Below are positions 36,897-47,500 of a DNA stretch of 60,000 nt, piece after piece (positions within the stretch are counted from its first letter, which is position 1; the number at the start of each line of letters is the position of its first letter). Made by a program: the position numbers and the translations under genes. Source of the stretch: Laetmonice hystrix (lineage: Eukaryota). The notes below the pieces were generated by a model, which saw nothing but the letters and a program-made list of their open reading frames with translations, ran no database searches and was not told the origin of the DNA. The stretch lies in assembly GCA_965235115.1 (NCBI GenBank), contig OZ249436.1, positions 33,730,001 to 33,790,000 on the forward strand. The letters are read 5' to 3'.

Positions 36897-38951
36897 CTGC
36901 CCTCTGGTGGGACTTTTGTTGATTCGATGTGCTAAAGAAGTAAAAGACTATGTACATAGAAAATGGGCATGAATGGTAGATGGACAAGCGAGACGTAGGA
37001 GCTTGGCCTGCCAAATCAGTCGTCACAAAATACCTCGTTGTGTTTCTGTTCCTGTGGATACCTGAAGATGAAAAATGGCGGGAAGACGGCCCGAGTCGCT
37101 CAGGTATAATCCCGCTTGAGGTCAGTTGAATAGGTCAGTTTTTTGGGCCGTGAAAGTTGAACCGAACCATTTGAGGCGAAGACCTCAGGCCCAAGAGTTT
37201 AACATGTGGACAAGAATGTCATGTACCGGTTGAGTGTGATATGAAGTGACAAGTCAGAACCTTCCTATGGCAGAGAGATTAAGGTCAGTTAAAGACCCAG
37301 AACGAAAATGCCTTTATAATAATGGCGTGTGTCTGTCGATACACTTTTTAATCCGGTGTTGAAGCCTTTTAGTATACTCAGAAGGCGCATAACTTTTTAG
37401 AAAAAAAATAGTCATTTTATCTAAGAAAGATTTCTCTGTGAAGAGGATGATATGCATAAATCCATGGTTGATTTTCAGCCCGTAGGCTTGGGCTTGTTTA
37501 ACGCGGAATGTAGGCCTACTAGGCCCCTATGTATGTTTTAGTACAGCTCCTGCCAATGGATCGTTTCGAACGCCGTCTGGTGGTAAATAGTGGAAGCAGC
37601 CAGTGGTAGGCATACAAGTGTAGACATCTTGCACTAAAGCGTTCAACTAACACCGCTATTATTCTAAAACATGTACTGATCAGTGCTAGAAGATTGTATC
37701 GGAAAAAGAACTAACAGACGTGAGGAAGGGACAACTGTAGTCTTCGGAGGTGAGAGTAACAATGCGGAGCCTGTGCGGAATGGGTCGATCATACCGGGTA
37801 CGTAAGGAGTAGGTTATTACGCGGACCCGACCCACATGGAGAGGAGAGGTCCTGTAAATGTGGTTATACTTTGCCGCCAAGATGATCAGGTCATGACGCC
37901 AAAATGGAAAGTGAAAAGTTATCGACGTCACTGTGGGACGAGTGGGATTTGGTATGATTATGTCCTCCATGTTCGGAGCTGCCCAGTGTGTGTACATGTC
38001 TACATTGTATGTAGGCTACAACATGTACAAGGCCTTCATTGATATGGCCTCCCACCCCTGAATGACGTGGGCGAGAGGCGGGAATCCACCGTGTAACCCG
38101 TCCATAAGGCCTCCTCATCATTCGCAAATAAAAATGTAATGAATACTCTCTTAATCGATCCGACTTTGTTCTTTATTTTAACGAAAGCTTTGTTTTTCGA
38201 AAACTCAAGTCTTCGGCTAGGCCGTGGACCCAACCCCGACTTGCCTATGCCTATAAAGTTAGTAGGTAGCCTAGGCCTATAGCATAGGTTCAAGCCCCGA
38301 ACCTTACTACAACCTCTAACCCTGTTCCCAATAAGTTTATAGCGATTTGTCAATGACTAGGTCATCCGTCCAGGGTCGTGGGAGTGAACCACAATATTAG
38401 CCTACCTGTTTAGTCTATAGGCCTACAGTAGGCTAAATAAGGGGGTGCTATAATGGTAGCGCATAATGTAGCCTAATATGCCTAGAAAGGGTGTTCGTAA
38501 ATTAGTTGTGTACCTAATTTATATTATACCAGGTAATATATTTTAGGTTTAACAACATTGACAGTGAAGGGGGCAACCCCCTGGAACCTTTGTAGGAAGG
38601 AAAAGCGCAAGGCCTCCCCATGGCCACTTTCTCACAAGAGGTCGCAATCGGCTAGACTAGAGAATTTGTGGTTTTGTCAACAGGTGACAGCACAGGTTCT
38701 GTCATGGTCGGCGTGATAGATCTTTGAGCAGAGCAGAGGGGGTGTTTTCTTTTGTCACATAAATTATGTGGTCGATCATACCGGCCGCCACATAATTTAT
38801 GAACAGATATGATCAGCCGTATGGTCTTCCTGAATCCGTAACCCATTCCACTCCAGCGAGTGCTCCAGCACAGAGTACCTATACTATATACTATACAGAG
38901 GTTTCACTTACGTCAAAATGCGTTCTAGGCCATCGCAGCGCCACCTATCGG
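36897..38951 (-). promoter_or_regulatory. Three CTCF-like motifs, all on the minus strand
   Basis: TCCCACCAGAGGGCAG (36897-36912), ACCACCAGACGGCG (37571-37584), CCGATAGGTGGCGCTGC (38935-38951). Confidence 0.45.
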
Positions 38952-41118
38952 GGTGGATGACGCTGCTGGCTCTACGTTGGGGACTAAAAGCTTAGTTTTT
39001 CTCACCTTGGGTGCTTAAAACGCCCTCGCGGTGGGAATAATGAATCAATTCACTTGGAAATTGTTGCAAAGAAAACTAGAGATAATTGCCTTTTGTCTAG
39101 TCTGAAATTTATACAAATAGATCAAAGAATTATTTTTCTTACGGCCATTTGAAAATCATCAAAAAAGTATTAAATACCCCGTAAAACTTGTGACCTAGAA
39201 AAACGTTCTACCTAGCAGCGCTTGCCACGCAAAATCGGTCGCGACGACCTATACAAAAAAGTATCCAGAATTATTCCCCACATCGTAAGGTCTTCACAGA
39301 TGCCCTTCTTTTAGCGAGACTCCTTATAGTTTTGGATACAGCAAGGTTTGTTTGGAAATTTAAAAGTTCCCAAAACTTTGTTAATTGACGTTAGAATCTA
39401 AGCTCTGCACAGTGTAGCCGGATCAGGGACAGGGGCCTACACTGTACATAGGCTACAGTGATGTTTACAGATGTATTATAATGCTGTAATTTTCTGAGAA
39501 TATCTACTGACCTTTGTAATCTCTGCTTCTGTAGTATTTTAATTTATCTTATCATAAAACGAGAGCTAGACAGAAAAATAGTGGTCTACGTTAGATCTAG
39601 CCTTCTTCTGTCTGTTGTTCCGCACGTCTTCTCTATGACGTAACAGACACTGATTTAACGAGGCACGCACTGTCTTTTTGATAGTGTAACATTGTAATAT
39701 CAAGTATCAAAATACGTAGTTAACTATACTATGATGTCACAAGTGACAATAAAAGCACAAACAGATCCAATCCAGGCTATAAAATTGTAGCCAGTGTGGA
39801 TTACGAGGACGTGTTGACGTCCAGCCCAAGTAAAGGCCAAGACACCCGGCCAGTAGGCTACGGTTTTTGAGCAGCAGCGCTCTAAAACGACCCACAAAGA
39901 TCTCTCAAACTGCCACAACTGGCAGTTGTGACTAGATCTACTGATGATTTTGTCATCAGATCAGTATGAACTACATTATACCATAGATAGGGAGTTCAGC
40001 TGACGCGCTGAGACCGCGGGACAAATGACGTTATTAGCGCTCCGTGGTAGTTGTTGTAGAAAACTACTTAGTTACTCATCCCAGAATAATCGGATCATAA
40101 TAAACCTAGTATCATTGGAAAGCTGAGATTCCACTGATTCTAATGAGTATTATAACTTCGCTGTGCATTATACGGTTGCGGCGCGATGGCCTTGTGAAGT
40201 GCGGGTCTCAAGAAAAAACGGACCGCTCGCGGAAACGGCCAGATGACCGACTCGTTTTGACATTTCTGAAAAACAATGGTGATTGTGACGTCGATTTCCA
40301 TTGAATGATGTCATCAATCAAGTCAGGAGACCTATTCCAGCCAATGGGAAATGACTTCTAGATTCTCAAGCCATTTGAAACCAGAAAATCGGTAAGTAAT
40401 CAACGAAGTTACGTAGATTTTTGTTCTTTTTTACCTTGGCATGAATACCTCGGTCTTTTCCTCCCTCTGGTTTCAATCGGATCTAAGTACTATAACATTT
40501 CCTCTTTCATATGATACCATTTTTATATGGGTGTGATAAGTAACATTAAATGGAAATCGAAATTTAAAATTCTGAGTTCTGGAGGTCGCGCCGTCATTCC
40601 GTAGCCGGTAGGGGCAGGGCAGGCAGGCAACGTCATGAGCCAGGCAGCGGGGGTGGGCGCTCACGCTGCCGCCAGCCAGTACGACTGGCGGATGCTCCTC
40701 ACCGTGGCTCGTTTCATGATACCATTACTAGTGTAGTGCTATTACTGTATTAGACACCTACTCAGTCTACTGCTTGTAGATTTACTAGACTAGATCTAGG
40801 TCTAGAAGAACTGCCAGTAGGCCCTAATTACTAATACTTAGCCAGACAGCAGTCAGCAGGCAGTGTGTCACTCGGCAAGAGCGGCATGGTCGAGGCCTAC
40901 ATCCCGGCCTGAACTGATCAGAGTAGGGGATAGCCATGCCCATGGCTTAGCTAGGCTCCTACTTGACTTGTCATGACTTGTCACGCCCTGGGAGGTGGGC
41001 TGGGGTGGGGGTGGGGGGGTTAATTTAGTTTTTTTTAACTTAGTTTAGTTCAGTTTACTAGATGATAGATCTATTTGATCTAGGTCTACTAAGATCTAGA
41101 ATAGTACCTTTACTAGAT

Positions 41119-41453
41119 CAGTGGTCCCTAACCTTTTTTTTTTTTTTTTGCTTTTTTTGGGTGGCTTCCTTCTGTGATAGGCCCACCGAAATTTCACCCC
41201 CAATAAACTTCCGCAATATCCCATACAATCTAAACAACATGTGTTGTAATTTGTAGCCATTCAGTTAACTTTATATTTTCGTAAAAATTCAGAGTAGATC
41301 TATCTATATGATGCTTATAAGTCAAATGAAGTTTATAAAACAAACAGGTGTTTTTGTATGGTTTTTGAAAGTTGCCCGCTCCCCTCAGAGATGACAAAAT
41401 TCCCCCCTCCCCCCGGGGGGGGGGGGGGATTTCCCCCAGGTTGGAGACCACTG
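41119..41453. mobile_element. hAT/Charlie-like MITE nested in the 3.6-kb element
   Basis: TIR CAGTGGTCCCTAACC / GGTTGGAGACCACTG; 8-bp flanks TACTAGAT and AGCTAGAT (6/8 match). Confidence 0.7.
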
Positions 41454-42129
41454 AGCTAGATCAAGTTTAAAATAAGTTTAATTCTAAATTGCTGGGAAAA
41501 TTTGATAGAAAGTTTCAACAATTTTTGAAGGCAATGATTCAGGCTTGTGACTTTTCCAGATTGGGTCTGATGCATTTTACTATGTTAATAATTACAGCCT
41601 GGTGATGGCCAATCGAAGCAAGCGTTGTGATTGGCCCATCGAAAACATGGACGCAAACGAGGTATAGTTCCGTACCCTCCGTATTTCTCCAACAAGACAC
41701 AAATATTTTCGCCAATCCCTTTAAAATACAAGTGTTAAATGTCCTCGCCTTTCTGGATGTAAACATAGCGTCAGCAGTCCCCACACCTGCTACGGTCTGC
41801 ATACTTAAATCATGGTTAGACCATTTTATTAAAATGGAAATTGGAGCCAGTGTTCAGAGTAAGCTTACTATGGAATTACTGTACAAAAGAATAGAAAAGT
41901 CACATAAATTCGATCTTATAATATATCTGTTAATTATTTGAAGTGGGAATATGAATTTTGATGAACTGTGAAGAACTGCTTATAAGTATAATACAAGGTG
42001 ATCTAGGTCAAATGCCAAGACTTCATAGTCAAGGTGTTGGATGATGTTACTTGGTTGTCAAGGAAAATAAACAATATAAATCATAATAATGACTCTGTTA
42101 TTATTCAGTAGGTTTCTAATTTTCCGTGT

Positions 42130-43113
42130 AGTTAAATTCTGCCCCACATGAAGTGTCTCCTGCAGGATTCACCTTTGTAGAGCAAATCCAATGCAGATTA
42201 TTGATGTTATTAGCACTTTTCCTATGATATTTTGCAATTTTGGCCAAATGTCGGCCATTTTGAATTCAAAATGGCGTCCAAGATGGCAGCCAAAATTAAA
42301 TTCTGGCTCACATGAATTGTCTCCTGCAAGATTTACCTTTGTGGAGGAAATCCAATGCAAATTGTCGATGTTATTGGCACTTTTCCTATGATATTTTGCT
42401 ATTTTGGCCAAATGTCGGCCATTTTGAATTCAAAATGGCGTCCAAGATGGCAGCTAAAGTTAAATTCTGGCTCACATGAATTGTCTCCTGCAAGATTTAC
42501 CTTTGTGGAGGAAATCCAATGCAAATTGTCGATGTTATTGGCACTTTTCCTATGATATTTTGCTATTTTGGCCAAATGTCGGCCATTTTGAATTCAAAAT
42601 GGCGTCCAAGATGGCAGCTAAAGTTAAATTCTGGCTCACATGAATTGTCTGCTGCAAGATTTACCTTTGTAGAGGAAATCCAATGCAGATTGTTGATGTT
42701 ATTGGCACTTTTCCTATGATATTTTGCTAATTTGGCCAAATGTCGGCCATTTTGAATTCAAAATGGCGTCCAAGATGGCAGCTAAAGTTAAATTCTGGCT
42801 CACATGAATTGTCTGCTGCAAGATTTACCGTTGTAGAGGAAATCCAATATAGATTGTCAATGTTATGAGCACTTTTTCTATGATATTTTGCTATTTTGGC
42901 CAAATGTCGGCCATTTTGAATTCAAAATGGCGTCCAAGATGGCAGCCAAAGTTAAATTCTGGCTCACATGAATTGTCTGCTGCAAGATTTATCTTTGTAG
43001 AGGAAATCCAATATAGATTGTCAATGTTATGAGCACTTTTTCTATGATATTTTGCTATTTTGGCCAAATGTCAGCCATTTTGAATTCAAAATGGCGTCCA
43101 GGAAGGCAGCCAT
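42130..43113. repeat. 164-bp satellite, ~6 copies, each with a 22-bp perfect palindrome
   Basis: Period 164 (repeated ORF starts 42191, 42355, 42519); GCCATTTTGAATTCAAAATGGC in each unit. Confidence 0.95.
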
Positions 43114-44099
43114 ATTGTTTTTCTTATCCAGAATAATGTCCTCATCAAGGGGGTTCAAAATAACATCATTATAGAAGAAACTTTGTGAATTTTCTTTATC
43201 TTTTACTATTTTACAAGATAATTAGTCATAATACTGTCCAAATAGCGGCCATATTGCATTCAAAATGGCCGCCAAAATGGCTCCCATTGTGTTCTTTTTG
43301 TATGAACTGAATACTGCCTTAGCAGAGCTTCAAAATAAGACATTCATCAAGGAAATATGTTAATAATATCCAAAGTTATTAAGATTTTCGTTAAAAATCT
43401 GGGGAAAAAATGACCAGATTTGTGCCATCTGGTCCAGTCAAAAAGATAGGGCGATTTGTCCCTCAAGACACTAATTTTCAAGAACTTAAACCAGGATAAC
43501 TTTTGATAGGAACATGATAGAATGAAAATTCCAACGGTTTTGGAATCCACTCCGTGAGTGCTTTCAGGAAATGTATGGCACTTGTATGGCATCCAATTTT
43601 AAAAAATTGGCCTAAACTCCCTACCATAGATATAGATAGCCCTACACCAACCATCCTTACCTTGCCTACACCTCTCGTTCTGTCATGCTTACCATCTTCA
43701 GCGGTTATTCGACGTCACGTTGCCTGATTTTAGGCCTCAAGGCAATGGTTTTTTTTAATTCAGCCGTTCTTTTAAGGATTATATTTGTGGTAGGCCTATA
43801 TAAATTATCTTGACAAATTTGGTATTGACACAAAGCTAATGTTATGGGGATTCAGACTGTATATCTTAACTTTTTTAGCCTTCAAAATCTAGGGGTTTCA
43901 GTACATTGTTGGCAAATGTACCGAGGCGAACAGTTTGTGTAAAAGATTTCTTCAAATGTTCTTATTCACACTCTCGTAACAGCAAAATAATGTGTTTACA
44001 AGAAAAGTCACCTATATACTATGAAAGTAAATTGTATGAGGAAGAGAATGATACCATACTTGTTTAGATTGCTTTGGGATAGACTGAGTGTGCACCGTA

Positions 44100-44409
44100 T
44101 TAAAAGTCGTGCGTTTTGCCTGGGCGGCCGTTGGGGCCGGCCGTTTCTGGGCTACCGTCATCCACGCCGCTAGGTGGCTGACCCGATGTAACGTCACAAT
44201 AGAGCTCAATGACACTGAAACTGTATCTACCTATTCTGTGGCTCCAGTACCTTCAAGTGGCGCCCCCGTGTGACGGGTGAGGAAGACGGTGCTGTTGCGG
44301 GGCTCACTCCGCCAGGGGGCTGGCCCCTAGCGGGAGAACAGTGAAACAGTCTAGAGAAGACGTTCTGTTGGCGGTCATTCGCAGCAACACTGTTCCGGCG
44401 AAGCTCAGA
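44100..44409 (+). promoter_or_regulatory. GC-rich MTHFS promoter / 5' UTR with CTCF-like motifs
   Basis: CpG-rich stretch before the ATG; GCCGCTAGGTGGCTG (44166), CACACGGGGGCGCCAC (44257-44272, -), CCGCCAGGGGGCTG (44309). Confidence 0.5.
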
Positions 44410-44517
44410 ATGGCCTTAAAAAACGCGAAGAGTGTTCTCAGAAAAGAGCTGAAAAGTCGCCTTCGGTCTTTATCTGAAGATGAAAAGCAAAGACAGTCCA
44501 ATATTCTAGCGAAAATG
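44410..44517 (+). CDS. MTHFS: MTHFS coding exon 1
   Basis: MALKNAKSVLRKELKSRL...ILAKM followed by GTACGT donor. Confidence 0.9.
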
Positions 44518-47500
44518 GTACGTTATCGCAATGGCATATATTTAAAGTTGTCTGGAAGGACTCTTGGTTGCAGGTGAACACAAATCAAATGTGGTCGATA
44601 ATAGGGTATTTTTCCAAGATATGCACACACTGACTGACACAGACACACTCGGTCACCCAACTATCTGGCTGGGGCCGTGATTGGGGGTTAGGTGTTAGTG
44701 TGGAAACAAATAAAACTTTCTGAATTGACCATGCTGAACCATTTCCCCCTTAACCCCACCCCCACCCCCTAATTAGCAAATTCTTCCCCCAAACACACAC
44801 CCCCCCCCCGGTGCAAAATTGTGGATCCGCCCATGTCACGCATGTGTACGTGTCGTGTGTATGCACAGTCACCCTCTCCCTTAAGCCAGTATCTCACTGG
44901 GCTACAACTGTTGGCATTTGCGAGGGAGTTTCCAAAGTGTCTCGAAATGTGTTCGCGGCAGTTCCCAATTTCCTTGCGTCAGTCGCAGGGCCTCTCTCAC
45001 TCGTGTCGCTGGAATTTTGAACATGTTCAAAAAATTTGTGCGACAAATTTTCACTCAAAATAGTTGCAGAGTCGTCATAGGTGTCTCGAACCCTTCAATT
45101 AAATCAATTGGGAATAAACTGCAAACAATTTGCAAGACACTTTGTCACTAAATTGTGACAAAAAACATTGTGCAACCATATTTGCACGAATGTCCCGCGA
45201 AAGTCATGTGCTTGGCGTACGAATGTCGCAATTTATTCATAGTGCGACATGCGCAAATGTGTCGTAAGTACCAATTCAGTGTGATTCCAAGTGAAAATTG
45301 TCGCTAATTTGTGTATTTTCTCATAATTTTGTATTTCCAACTAGTCGTGAGCTGTCGCAGCCCAGTAAGATACTAGCTTTAGCTTAGGCTTAGCTCAGTT
45401 TCTAAATGGTGTCTTGCAGAACACTAATGGTTGTCGAGCACCTGTGAACCAGCGACTCCTGGCCACTCTGTGATGAGATTTCCTTTCGCAACTTTCTGGC
45501 CTTTGTTTTTGCACTAAATTTCTTCCATTGAGCATGAAATCGATTTTTATAGATAGTAAAGGTATTTATCTTTCTCTGATTATGATTATACTATAGCTTA
45601 TATAAGGACAAATATAAATTGGACGAACAGACAGAGTTTCGCTAAGTAAAGTATCGTCCAACCACTTTAAGTAACATCTTTAAATATTCGTAGCAAATTT
45701 TAGAGACATTAGTAGTCTAAAACATGAGTTTGAGGTGATGATGCGCAATAGGACCTAGATAGAACTCTGTCCGGATTGCAGTCACTGCTATGTTTGAACT
45801 CTAGAGTCAGAGTCCATATATGGAGGTAAGGAGTAAGACTTGTTGTAGAGTTTGGTGTTAGCTGTATATTAAAATTCATAAGTTACGACCTATTCAGTGT
45901 AGGAAGTGTTGTAGACTCAAAAATATACAGGGTGCCCCCCCCCCCCCCCAAAAAAAAGCTTCTTAGGTTTCCTGGTTTGGCGTGGACATTTTTGGGGGGA
46001 CACTCTGTATAATATCCTAATCTTACCTCATCCCGGGAGTTCAAGATTGTCAATGTCATAATTTGTAGTAAAACAGATTGTGCTATGGAACCATAAACTA
46101 AGGCCTAGGTGTGTGCCCCAGGCCTCAAGAGTCAATGTAAATCGGAATACATCGAGCTGCAGCAACCGGATCCAGGGTTTTGGGAAAGGCTTGTGTACCC
46201 CCTCCCCAGGATCCATGCATGTCTTACCTAGTGGCTTTCTCAGTGAATTTTAAGAAGTTCTCAAAAGATTGTTTTTAAAAAAAGTACTCCCCTATGTTCC
46301 CATAAAGTTCAATTCCTTTATTGAACTACCTGTCAGAGCAATTTACGGACCTCTCCGCATCCGCATCCCCATCCCCATCCCCCTACCCCTACCCCTACTC
46401 TTTTTGTGCCCGACAGTAGTGTGTATGAGCCTATTGGTAGATCTACCGACAAAAGATGTACCGTAGATGAGCCTGTACTGGTCAGGTGCCAGGAGATGCT
46501 ATCGTGGCGCCATCTGAAGTTTGGTATGGTAATACTATATACAATGTACAATGATCTTGCGGCTGATGGCTTCGAGTGCATTGCAACGCATACATGTATT
46601 TAGGGACGTTGCCTACTGCTTAACCCTTTCTTTTAGTTCAGAGCAGTTAAGTTATGTTGTGTAAATTGCCGACATTCAAGGTGTGAGCCCTTGAGAATGC
46701 CTAATACTGATCAGTACTGTAGCTAGTAGGTCGTTTGCTTTTTTTTGAGAGAGAGGAAGTCTTATTGTAAAATCGTTTCCCAGTTTGCCTTAGACGGTTT
46801 ATATAGTGATAAATTCTTTAAGTGATAAGTTGTATTTTGTCGCTTGGGGCAGAATTCCCCCTGAATGTGCCGATGTGGCTGCATAAAAATATTAGGAAAG
46901 AATAGTTTCTTACGAAGCTGTCTTGAGTATTTCACTATATATCTAAATTGATTCGGCGTTATAGGGTGGTTGGCATAATTTGCATAAGCAAAAGATCTGA
47001 AATAAAAACAGCCCCAAAAAAACTAACCCATTACACTGCATTCTTACCGGTAGTGCTGTCTAGTGGTCGGTCGATTAAAGGAAAAAAACAGGTCGCACAA
47101 TTTTGTCTTTTGAGGTTTTGTGAGAAGACAAACCATTTCTCGTGTCGACCAGAGACCTGTTTGTACGGTAGGGCTATTAAAAAGGCGGTCCAAGGCGGAT
47201 ATACATGTGTTCCGGCTCGACTTATAAACAGCTGTTGAGCATGCCCAACTCCCCTTGATCCCACCCCCTTGACCCCTCCTTCCTACCAAACTCCGTGAGC
47301 AGTGTCGAGAAAATGACCAGGGTGACCCCTTTACGTAGTTTTCCCCTTATATGTTGCAGTTACTGGCAACGCCCGAGTACAAACGTAGTAAGCGAGTGTC
47401 AGTCTACCTCAGCATGACAGACGAGGTCCAGACGTTGTCTGTTGTCAAGGATATCCTGGGCACTAATCGTGTCTGCTATATTCCCAGGTCAAGTATATTT

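Larger units (their letters stand above)
39989..43622. mobile_element. 3.6-kb non-autonomous DNA transposon with short TIRs and a long TSD, carrying an internal satellite
   Basis: AGGGAGTTCAG (39989) and CTAAACTCCCT (43612-43622); ACCATAGAT directly repeated at 39980-39988 and 43623-43631. Confidence 0.8.

Noticed and set aside
41539..41941. Transposase remnant inside the 3.6-kb element
   Set aside because: No recognisable DDE or zinc-finger motif in the frames checked.
42169..42719. Repeated 66-80 aa ORFs
   Set aside because: By-products of the 164-bp satellite; the period is not a multiple of 3.
44341..44409. N-terminal (targeting) extension of MTHFS
   Set aside because: It starts at GTG with no upstream in-frame ATG before the stop at 44278; ATG 44410 gives the typical length.
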